DNA of 16,995 bases from Chlamydiae bacterium RIFCSPHIGHO2_12_FULL_49_11 (GTDB taxonomy: Bacteria > Chlamydiota > Chlamydiia > Chlamydiales > 2-12-FULL-49-11), in NCBI GenBank assembly GCA_001794905.1, contig MGLW01000040.1, forward strand, positions 1 to 16,995, written 5' to 3'. Under the pieces are notes generated by a model, which saw only the letters and a list, made by a program, of their open reading frames with translations, was not told the DNA's origin and did no database searches. Of the stretch, positions 8,250 to 16,049 are shown one piece after another. Each line of letters opens with the position of its first letter. Within the stretch, counting starts at the first letter, position 1. Both the position numbers and the translations under genes were made by a program.

Positions 8250-11200
8250 CCTTTTCATTGAAGCTTCGGCCGGCACCGGCAAGACCTACACGATCGAGAC
8301 GATGGTTCTCGCTCTTCTTTTGCGGGGCATTCCAATCGAAAAGATCTTGGCCGTCACATTCACAAATGCGTCGGCGCGCGAACTGAGGCGGCGCATTTTT
8401 GATCGCATCACTCTTGAGCTCGAAATATTGAAAGCATCACACGACCCTCGCGCCGAAAAGCTCGAGCGCAGCCTTCTTTTTTTTGACATGATCCGCGTTT
8501 TTACTTTGCACGGTTTTGCCGGAGCGGTCCTCTCCGAGATGGCTTTTGAAACCGGCTTTTTTCCGGGGGCCGAATCCCCTTCCCACTTCGAAATGCGCGA
8601 AAAACTGTTCCGGGCGATCATCTCCGAGCTTTCAACGCTCTCTGTGGGGCAACTGGAAAAACTCCTTTCCCATTTCAAAAGGAATGAGGAGCGCATGATC
8701 GGGGAAGTCGCATCCTTTGTCATGCTGAATCCCAAAATTACCCCCGTTGACTCCTTTGACACTCTCTCGGACGCCTTCGAAAAAATCGCCCGCGCCATCG
8801 ATCCCAAGGAACTTGACCATGATGTAGACCTCCTCCGGACCCATGTCAAAGGACTTGAAAATCGCTCCCACGCCATAAAAGAAGAGGTAGTACAGGCACT
8901 CGATGCCATCCGGTGCGGATCTTTACCGGCTTTTGCCGGTCTTTCCGTCTCCTTTTTGACATGTGAGCCGAGGGCCGGAAAAACGTTTCCCGCTTTGAAA
9001 ACGGCTTCATCTCTTTTTCGGCTGGAAGAGATTGCCGAAAAAGCAAGAAGCCCCCATACCACGATTTTGTGTGTTGCTACCAAGCTACTGCACCGGCTAG
9101 GGAAGGAAAAATCGGAGTACGGAATTTCCGATGCCACACTCGAACAGCTCCAAAACGCTATCGGACACCCTCACGTAGTGGCAGCACTGCAAAAAAAATA
9201 CGACGCCGTTTTCATCGACGAATTCCAAGACACCGATCCCGTGCAATGGAATATTTTCCGCACTCTTTTTTTGGGGCAGAAAGAACTGTTTGCCGTCGTC
9301 GGCGACCCGAAACAGTCAATTTATGCGTTTCGCAATGCCGACCTTTCCACCTACCTCAGGGCAAAATTGTCTTTCACCTCTACCCTATCCCTCACTTCCA
9401 ACTACCGCACCGCTCGTGATGTCATGGAACGGATCAACGTCCTCTTCGACGAAAAAAACACCCCCGGACTGTTTACATTCCAAGAGGATGGATCCCTTTC
9501 GTATTCTCCTGTGACCGCTGCACGAACTTCCGACGTCGGCGCAAAATTTCGGATTGTAACCGTGGAATCTGCTGCCTCCTATTCCACGTTTAACGCTTTT
9601 TTTGCTGCGCACAAGGAGGCCATTTTCACCGGAGTCGCCGGTATCGTCACCCAAACGATAAGAGACGGAGCTCTTCCTTCGTCGATTTGCATTTTGGTTC
9701 GGACCCGAAAAGAGGCGCAAGAAATAGCCGATTTTCTCGCCGGCTATGCTGTCCGTTCCGCCATATTGAGTCCTACTCCTCTATTTGCCACAGATAGCTG
9801 CACTCTGGTACAATCTTTCCTCGACTGCCTCCTTTTTCCTTACAACCTCGCCAAACTGAAACGTTTTTTACTCCATCCTTATCTAGGCCTATCTCCGGTT
9901 TTCCATGACGACGACCTTACCCCTTTTATGCCGCTCTTCCAAACGCTCGCTATTCTACGTGATATCCTCCCGCGCCGCGGGATGGCTGTTTTGTGGAAAC
10001 ATTTTCTCGAGCTTTCTCTCAAACCGATCATGGACACCACCCTTGAGGAAGTTTTATCGCACGATCCGGCCCGTCTGGACGAAGTGCGTCAAATGATTGC
10101 CGTACTGCTCGACACCGATTTAACCCTCGACCGGATAGCCGAATTTTTAAAAAAGGGAAGGAAAACAATCCACAATTCTTCCTTTCTCAAAAAGCCCTTC
10201 ATTGAAGAGCAGATGGTGACCATCTCAACGATGCATATGAGTAAAGGGTTGGAATTTGATACGGTCATTGCGCTCGGCCCCTCAATGCGTTTCCAGGAAA
10301 CGATCGGCATCGTGCGTTCAGAGAATGGTGAGTATGGCGTCGCCGCCACGCTTGCACAAAAGAAAGAAGCTTATGAGGAAAAAGACCGGGAAAAACTCCG
10401 CCTTCTTTACGTGTCTCTGACAAGGTGTAAATCGGCCTGCTACTGGTTTTGTTTTTTTGCTCCCATAGCAAAAAATCCGCTTGGATCTTTCAGTCCGACC
10501 GAACTTCTCCTTGCCCGGTTCAAGCGGCCCTACACTTCTTACGAGATGCTCTATTCCAAGATGCCTCCCTATGGTGAAATCTTGTCTACACTCCACGAGA
10601 GCGGCTTTTCGCTGATTCCTGTTTCTACGTTCGCGCCGGCTCTACTGCCGCCCGGCAATGCGAAACGGACCGCCCCGTTTCTTCCCCTTCCTTTCAAAAC
10701 GGAAAAACAAACTCTCACTTCGTTTTCGGCGCTGTTTCCTTCTGGTCCTTCCTCTCCCGTCGTGGCCGGCAGCGGCGACATCCCCCCCGGAAAAGAATTC
10801 GGCATCTTGATGCATTTCATTTTCGAAACGTTGATCGAAAAAGAAATGTACGCGACCCGGAATGAGAAAGTGATTCTTTCCTTCATACGGGAAGCGGTCA
10901 AAGGAACCCGCTTTGAGCTTTATACGGATAAAATTTATTCGATGTGCATGGCAGCGCTCCGGCTTCCCCTTTTTGACGGCATTCCCCTTGTCTCCATTCC
11001 TCCCGGGTGCCTTTTTCAGGAAGCGGAATTCGGCTATGCCGACCCCGTTTACGGGCCTGTCAAGGGATTTGCCGACCTTGTCGTCTTTCTCCCCGAATCG
11101 ATTTACCTTGTCGATTGGAAAACAAACCTTCTCCCCGATTACCGCCCGGAAACACTCAATAGGGCGATGGAAGAGCACAACTATTTCGATCAGGCGCATA

Positions 11201-11349
11201 TTTATGCGCGGGCGCTCTCCCTTTCCACCCGCGCCTTTTACAAATATGCTGATTTCGACGCTGCATACAAAGGCGCCTTCTTCCTTTTCTTGCGAGGGCT
11301 GCCGGACGGCGTCGTGCACATCCCGGGAGGTGCGCTATCGAACGTATAG
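8242..11349 (+). CDS. recB: Exodeoxyribonuclease V beta subunit RecB (UvrD-like helicase plus PD-(D/E)xK nuclease)
   Basis: GTG start follows SD GGAGG (8231-8235). Helicase motifs: EASAGTGKT, AVTFTNAS, IDEFQDTDPVQW, VGDPKQSIYAFRNAD, TMHMSKGLEF, LLYVSLTR. Nuclease motif: GFADLV...LVDWKTN...QAHIY. Confidence 0.96.
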   Translation: MTDLFIEASAGTGKTYTIETMVLALLLRGIPIEKILAVTFTNASARELRRRIFDRITLELEILKASHDPRAEKLERSLLFFDMIRVFTLHGFAGAVLSEMAFETGFFPGAESPSHFEMREKLFRAIISELSTLSVGQLEKLLSHFKRNEERMIGEVASFVMLNPKITPVDSFDTLSDAFEKIARAIDPKELDHDVDLLRTHVKGLENRSHAIKEEVVQALDAIRCGSLPAFAGLSVSFLTCEPRAGKTFPALKTASSLFRLEEIAEKARSPHTTILCVATKLLHRLGKEKSEYGISDATLEQLQNAIGHPHVVAALQKKYDAVFIDEFQDTDPVQWNIFRTLFLGQKELFAVVGDPKQSIYAFRNADLSTYLRAKLSFTSTLSLTSNYRTARDVMERINVLFDEKNTPGLFTFQEDGSLSYSPVTAARTSDVGAKFRIVTVESAASYSTFNAFFAAHKEAIFTGVAGIVTQTIRDGALPSSICILVRTRKEAQEIADFLAGYAVRSAILSPTPLFATDSCTLVQSFLDCLLFPYNLAKLKRFLLHPYLGLSPVFHDDDLTPFMPLFQTLAILRDILPRRGMAVLWKHFLELSLKPIMDTTLEEVLSHDPARLDEVRQMIAVLLDTDLTLDRIAEFLKKGRKTIHNSSFLKKPFIEEQMVTISTMHMSKGLEFDTVIALGPSMRFQETIGIVRSENGEYGVAATLAQKKEAYEEKDREKLRLLYVSLTRCKSACYWFCFFAPIAKNPLGSFSPTELLLARFKRPYTSYEMLYSKMPPYGEILSTLHESGFSLIPVSTFAPALLPPGNAKRTAPFLPLPFKTEKQTLTSFSALFPSGPSSPVVAGSGDIPPGKEFGILMHFIFETLIEKEMYATRNEKVILSFIREAVKGTRFELYTDKIYSMCMAALRLPLFDGIPLVSIPPGCLFQEAEFGYADPVYGPVKGFADLVVFLPESIYLVDWKTNLLPDYRPETLNRAMEEHNYFDQAHIYARALSLSTRAFYKYADFDAAYKGAFFLFLRGLPDGVVHIPGGALSNV

Positions 11350-12611
11350 ATGCCGATTTTGCCGAAGTTCACGGCGATCCCTATGGACTCCTTCCCGAAC
11401 TTCTGCATGCTTTGCGAAGGGGCGACGCCTCCATTTCCCTCGAAAAAGCCCCCTCCGAAGCAATCGAATGGCTCCGCCGGCACCCGTCTTTCGTCGTATC
11501 CGGTAATTTTCTCTTCACTCGCCGTACTTTTAGAGCTCTCGAAACGATCCGCAACCGGCTCCCGAACGAAGCATTTTCCCTTTCCGATATTGAAGACGAG
11601 CAGGAAAGGGCCGTCCGCCTTTCTCTCTCGGCTCCTTTTTCGATCATTACCGGCGGCCCCGGCACAGGAAAAACAACGGTAGCAAAAAAACTGGCACTGC
11701 ATGCGTTCGAAAAAAAACCCTGCGCCAAAATCACCTTTCTTGCCCCGACAGGAAAAGCGCTGCAGAAATTGAAGATGGAAGGAGTTCACACATCCACCCT
11801 TCACAAGCATCTCGGATTGTCAAAGGACGGATATTCCAAAGAAGTCGATCTGATCGAGGAGATTCTCCTCATTGACGAGGCCTCGATGGTCGATCTTTTT
11901 TTGTTTGAGCGGGTTTTTTCCTCCCTCCGCTACGTAAAGCATCTCATTTTGATGGGAGATCCGATGCAGCTGCCGCCCATCGGCATGCAGGGCATTTTCC
12001 AAGACCTGTGCGACTCAAACCGGATTCCGTGTACCACCCTGACACGCGTGCGCCGGACCGACAATGAAGAAATGATGCGCATTTTCGAAGCCATCCGGCA
12101 AAGGGACGTGGAAACATTCCTTGCCCTTGCGAAGCCGCACCCGTTCGAAGATTTCGAAAGCCGGTTTCCCTATCTTTCCGGTACCGGGATTATCCTGACT
12201 CCATTCCAGCAAGGCAAACACGGAGCGGAAAATCTTAATGCGCGGATGCTCGCGGCCGCACCGGACGCCGTGCATCCGATCATGTGTACCAAAAACATCC
12301 ATGAACTGGGTCTTTATAATGGTGATATGGGCACTTTGCACCAGGACACGATCCGATTCGAAAATGCCATCTTTCCTCGTCGCACCTTTCCCTATTTCAC
12401 GCTGGGCAGCGCCATCACAATCCATAAGAGTCAAGGAAGCGAGTACGACCACGTGATTGGCGTCTTCCCTCCCGAAAGCGTCCGCTTCCCTCTCGAGCTT
12501 CTTTACACGGCCCTGACCCGCGCAAAAAAACGCCTTTCCCTTTTCATCGACGAATCCACCGTTCGCGCCCTCTTCCAAACGCCAAAGCGCCCTCCCTCCC
12601 TATTCTTATAA
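11337..12611 (+). CDS. recD: Exodeoxyribonuclease V alpha subunit RecD (short form, ~424 aa; probable ATC start)
   Basis: Motifs ITGGPGTGKTT, LAPTGKA, TLHKHL, IDEASMVD, MGDPMQLPPI, GLYNGDMG, TIHKSQGSEYD and LLYTALTRAK. The frame is open upstream of TTG 11412 with RecD-like IDADFA...LLHALRRGDASISL. A perfect SD GGAGGT (11326-11331) lies 5 nt before ATC 11337. Identity is secure; the start is less so. Confidence 0.92.
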   Translation: MERIDADFAEVHGDPYGLLPELLHALRRGDASISLEKAPSEAIEWLRRHPSFVVSGNFLFTRRTFRALETIRNRLPNEAFSLSDIEDEQERAVRLSLSAPFSIITGGPGTGKTTVAKKLALHAFEKKPCAKITFLAPTGKALQKLKMEGVHTSTLHKHLGLSKDGYSKEVDLIEEILLIDEASMVDLFLFERVFSSLRYVKHLILMGDPMQLPPIGMQGIFQDLCDSNRIPCTTLTRVRRTDNEEMMRIFEAIRQRDVETFLALAKPHPFEDFESRFPYLSGTGIILTPFQQGKHGAENLNARMLAAAPDAVHPIMCTKNIHELGLYNGDMGTLHQDTIRFENAIFPRRTFPYFTLGSAITIHKSQGSEYDHVIGVFPPESVRFPLELLYTALTRAKKRLSLFIDESTVRALFQTPKRPPSLFL

Positions 12612-12648
12612 TCCTTCTAATACCGATCGCAAGAATAGGGAGGAAGGG
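12590..12648. terminator. Inverted repeat spanning the overlapping stops of the convergent recD and kinase genes; possible bidirectional terminator
   Basis: CCTCCCTATTCTT (12595-12607) and AAGAATAGGGAGG (12631-12643) form a perfect 13-bp stem, extendable to 18 bp with one mismatch. The loop is 23 nt and there is no strong U-tract. Confidence 0.4.
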
Positions 12649-13946
12649 AGCAGGAAGCGTTCTACTTGCAGAGTGGTGCGCAGCTGGGCAAAGAAGCTCA
12701 TGGGTCTGGCCTCGTTTGCCATTTTTTGAAGGACGTTGATTCGGGACCGGAAACGGGCAAGGCGTCCCTCGAGATGTTGGGTCTCGCGTTCATTTTCGTA
12801 ACGCTCGCGCACCATAGCAACCAGTTGCTGTGTATTTTCATAAAGCTGCCAAATTGCTTCTTTTGCCCTTTCTGAAAATGGGTGGCGTGCATTGGGAAGA
12901 TTTGTCCACGAATATTGATAGCGCCGTTCAAAATATGCATTCGAGTGAGTGGGACTCATGCTCGATGCACCGTCAATGAGCCGGATATGGACGCCTTCTT
13001 CTCCCGGACGCTTTTCTAAGAGCCAGTTTTTTGAATGACGGTCAATGTTTCCTAAAAGAATATCATTGATCACAAGCATTTCAAACTCGGATTGATCGAT
13101 GCTGCGCTCGTCGGGCGAGCCCCGATGAATTTTATCAACGTTCAAATAGCCCATGGCATTTTGGAGAAAGCCCCCTTCCTGCGGCCGAATCCATACCTGA
13201 AAAGATCCCCGCTTCTCTCCTAAAGTGACGGCTCGGGTTTTCGGTACCAGATTTTCCCGGGCGTCAAACGCTAGTTGGACGTATTTCCCAAGGCGGTAGG
13301 CAATTTCTTCACACACATAACCGGAACCCCCGGCAATCGCAGGGAAAGACCCGTAAAAATAAGAGAAAATTTCAAACCACTTTCGTTTTATCCACCGGTA
13401 ACCGTAGGTAAGGGACGGTGCGTGAACCTCCTCGTCGGCCGGCTTGAATATTCCGAGCGCTTTTCCGCTTCCGTTCAAAATGACATACGATCCGGAACTG
13501 CCCCTAACTCCACCCGAGCCTTCCGGCATTGTAACGTTACCCATCTTAAACCAGAACCCGGCCAGGGAAAAGATTTTTTGAAACATACCGGTATCTTGAT
13601 TAACGGGCTGATCCCCTTTGAGAAGGTGAATCGTCTCTTTGGTAAATTTCCGCGAATACACTTCCCGGTTCATTGTGGCCATTTTTTCGAAGAGGACCGC
13701 TTTTACCTCATCCACATGCTCGGCCGTCATCTGCATCGCAAGTGTCACACTGTCAATGGCTCTCCGAACATCTGTTCTCACTCCGGTCCGGTACGAACTC
13801 GAAAAGAAACACCGGACCCGCTCGAAAAGGGTCATGATACGCAAGGAAGTCCCATCCTCTTTGCAGATATAGCGCTCCCCGTGCCTCCTGCCCCGGAGCA
13901 CATCGTAATTATAGGCATCGATATTGTTCATGAAAGAAACAGCCAT
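12606..13946 (-). CDS. Phosphatidylinositol 3/4-kinase family protein, type II PI4K-like; candidate secreted effector
   Basis: Motifs in order: GSSGSY, GIFKPADEE, GYVCEEIAY, LVPKT, KRGSFQVW, FEMLVINDILLGNIDRHSKNWLL, IRLIDGA, YQYSWTNLPNARHPFS. These parallel PI4KII GSSGSYF, VFKPKxEE, [66 protein letters not shown]. The start is put at ATG 13946 because ATG 13955 overlaps the -10 box. Confidence 0.82.
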   Translation of the reverse strand: MAVSFMNNIDAYNYDVLRGRRHGERYICKEDGTSLRIMTLFERVRCFFSSSYRTGVRTDVRRAIDSVTLAMQMTAEHVDEVKAVLFEKMATMNREVYSRKFTKETIHLLKGDQPVNQDTGMFQKIFSLAGFWFKMGNVTMPEGSGGVRGSSGSYVILNGSGKALGIFKPADEEVHAPSLTYGYRWIKRKWFEIFSYFYGSFPAIAGGSGYVCEEIAYRLGKYVQLAFDARENLVPKTRAVTLGEKRGSFQVWIRPQEGGFLQNAMGYLNVDKIHRGSPDERSIDQSEFEMLVINDILLGNIDRHSKNWLLEKRPGEEGVHIRLIDGASSMSPTHSNAYFERRYQYSWTNLPNARHPFSERAKEAIWQLYENTQQLVAMVRERYENERETQHLEGRLARFRSRINVLQKMANEARPMSFFAQLRTTLQVERFLLPSSLFLRSVLEGL

Positions 13947-13953
13947 GACATAC

Positions 13954-13983
13954 ATTATAACAGTATAATAGTATTCATTTCAA
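13954..13983 (-). promoter_or_regulatory. Near-consensus sigma70-type promoter of the kinase gene
   Basis: TTGAAA (13983-13978)-N18-TATAAT (13959-13954) with an extended -10 (TGTTATAAT), in a very AT-rich intergenic gap. A second, staggered TTGTAA-N18-TATTAT lies just upstream. Confidence 0.65.
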
Positions 13984-13999
13984 TTTTTTTACAATTTGC

Positions 14000-16000
14000 T
14001 TATAATGAGTATATTGCGGTGATAGTCCAGTTTGTGTTTTCCACCCATGAAGTGAACGTGTAGGCCTCCCGCTCCGAATAGACCCACAGGTCAATCTCGT
14101 CTATCTCAGGATTGTATTGGAACGCCATCTTAAAATAGGGCCAATTGGTGTCGGCAAAGGTCAAGGGGATACGGCCCGCATTGAGCAGGGTAAAAAAGGG
14201 GGAGAAATCTTGCCGCATCATCGCAAACAGTTCTCGACTCCGTTCCTTGTATTCTTTGATCTGGGCATACGTGTTGTCGCTCCGTTTTTCCCACAAAGCA
14301 CGAAACGAGCTGTGGTGCGGCTGAAAAATGAAAGCGTGCTGTTTTGCCGTAAACAAGCAAGGAGCGCGTTCGGTTTCAACGCTCGCCCCTTTCATCCGCT
14401 CCAGAAGGTGGAAAAGGAGGTCTTCGGCACGGCGCATGTCGATCGTCTCTTTCTCGATCCGCACCGTTTTTGGCAAAAAGCTTTGTAGGAACGCATCCAG
14501 AGAACCTCCCGACCGGTATGTCCAGATATTCTCAAATTCGATCGGTATTTTGTTTTCGGAAAAATAGGTTTGTAAGTTGGAACGGGCGTTATCGAGAAAG
14601 GCGGTCTTTTCAATCTCTTCGTGCATAAGGGTAAAGAGGGACTGGAGAAATTTCCCTTCTTCCATGGTACGCACGAGAGGCCCTGTAAACTCTTCGACGA
14701 TTTGTAAATAGTCGTGCAAAGCGGCAAGAAGCGATACGGGACTATGAATCTTTTGCCAAGCAAGAGGGTTTTGATTGCGCGACTTGTAGACGAGGGAAAA
14801 TGCCGCTTTGGCATCGTAGGTAAAGACCGAGCTCTCCGAGGCATGTGCCGGATCGTATAAATCGCAAAAATAGTGGGAAATGGTGCTCTGCAGCTTTTCC
14901 ACCACGTGTTCGGCAATCTCTTTTTTGCGCCACATCGTTTTACGGATTGACTCGACCTGGTCAACGAGCTGCCCTCCGCGCATCGCCTCCCATTTTATTT
15001 CTTTCCCCAGCCGTTTCATCGTTTCCATACTTCCCGTCTGCTGGAAAAAAGCGTCTTTCACTTTGATGTCCCTTTCGAGGGAAAGCAAATCTTCTGTGAG
15101 GGCGCTCGCTTTTTTTTCGTCATCTTCGAGCGTTTTTTCTCCCCACTGAAAAATGGCGCTGAGGAGTCCTTCGGTCGTTTGCGCATGCAGCCCCAAAAGG
15201 ACGAGAAGCTTGGTTTTCGAAAGGGGAAGTTTGGCATCGACAAAGGAAGAAGCGGTATATTCCCAACATTTGAGAAGGGGCGGCTGTGCTATGGCTTTGA
15301 TGCTTTCCAGGAAGAACCATTCGGCCCCCGGATCCACTCCGTGCTTCATCACATCATGCAATGTAAAATGTCCTGAAGGCAAAAACCAGCGAAACTTGTC
15401 GAGCACAAAGAGGAGGCTCGGATCTTTCAACATCCGGTTTTCAAACGGGCGACTGAGGTTTTGCAGGGAAGTGCCGGTCGTCGGTAAAAATTGCACCGTC
15501 GTACCGTCGATTTCGCGCCTGAGCGACCCGCGAAACAAAAGTTGCCACAAATCCTGAAAAACCAGATCGATGCGACCCCGCTGCAAGGCAATGAGGACAC
15601 TCGTGGCAAAACACGACCCCACCGTTTGCCGGAGCGGCACGGCAAGAGAAATAAAAATGGCCTTTCTCACATCGTGGTGGCCGAAAACTTCTCCGGGCTT
15701 TTTTTGAAGAGTGAGGCGCACACAATCCTCCATGAAAGGGGATGAAATGAGGGGGATGCGTTCGGTTAAAAATCCGATGCTTTGCAGAAACTCAATCACA
15801 ACGTTGAGGTGCTCGCAAAATTCTTTTTGAAAACCGCTCCCCCGGACGGAAACGCTGACATTTCCGTGCGTTTCCAGATAAAGGTCGGCAACGTGCGATG
15901 CTTTCTGCATAAAGAGAGGTCCGAGGGGGTCAAAAACTCCTGCTTCCCAAGTTTTCTTGTAAAACATCTGCTCGTCTGGTAAAATGGGATCGATTTTCAT
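14000..16000 (-). CDS. Conserved hypothetical protein (~666 aa), resembling an uncharacterised chlamydial family; possible cysteine-dependent enzyme
   Basis: Long ORF with motifs PLRQTVGSCFAT, LLKCWEYTASSF, a central helical/coiled-coil stretch, SGGSL, HAF and PLTFADTNWP...NPEIDEIDLW. The start is set at ATG 16000 (MKIDP) because TTG 16057 would overlap thrS. The family resemblance is from memory, not from a search. Confidence 0.85.
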   Translation of the reverse strand: MKIDPILPDEQMFYKKTWEAGVFDPLGPLFMQKASHVADLYLETHGNVSVSVRGSGFQKEFCEHLNVVIEFLQSIGFLTERIPLISSPFMEDCVRLTLQKKPGEVFGHHDVRKAIFISLAVPLRQTVGSCFATSVLIALQRGRIDLVFQDLWQLLFRGSLRREIDGTTVQFLPTTGTSLQNLSRPFENRMLKDPSLLFVLDKFRWFLPSGHFTLHDVMKHGVDPGAEWFFLESIKAIAQPPLLKCWEYTASSFVDAKLPLSKTKLLVLLGLHAQTTEGLLSAIFQWGEKTLEDDEKKASALTEDLLSLERDIKVKDAFFQQTGSMETMKRLGKEIKWEAMRGGQLVDQVESIRKTMWRKKEIAEHVVEKLQSTISHYFCDLYDPAHASESSVFTYDAKAAFSLVYKSRNQNPLAWQKIHSPVSLLAALHDYLQIVEEFTGPLVRTMEEGKFLQSLFTLMHEEIEKTAFLDNARSNLQTYFSENKIPIEFENIWTYRSGGSLDAFLQSFLPKTVRIEKETIDMRRAEDLLFHLLERMKGASVETERAPCLFTAKQHAFIFQPHHSSFRALWEKRSDNTYAQIKEYKERSRELFAMMRQDFSPFFTLLNAGRIPLTFADTNWPYFKMAFQYNPEIDEIDLWVYSEREAYTFTSWVENTNWTITAIYSL
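15957..15985 (+). promoter_or_regulatory. Putative thrS promoter located inside the 5' end of the opposite-strand gene
   Basis: TTGTAA (15957-15962)-N17-TAAAAT (15980-15985) with an extended -10 (TGGTAAAAT). Confidence 0.55.
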
Positions 16001-16049
16001 AACTAGGCTCAGTGTAGACAATATGTCTGTAAGTGAAAAGAGGAAAAGC

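Noticed and set aside
8286-11319. Minus-strand ORFs of 283 aa (8286-9137) and 225 aa (10642-11319)
   Set aside because: They lie fully antisense to the well-supported recB and have shadow-like composition.
11350-11682. 110-aa ORF starting with ATG right after the recB stop, as a possible frameshifted recD start
   Set aside because: It is in a different frame from recD with no RecD-like residues. The RecD-like N-terminal peptide is continuous in the 11337/11412 frame, so no frameshift is needed.
13275-14063. 262-aa plus-strand ORF
   Set aside because: It is antisense to the kinase gene and crosses its promoter, with no domain features.
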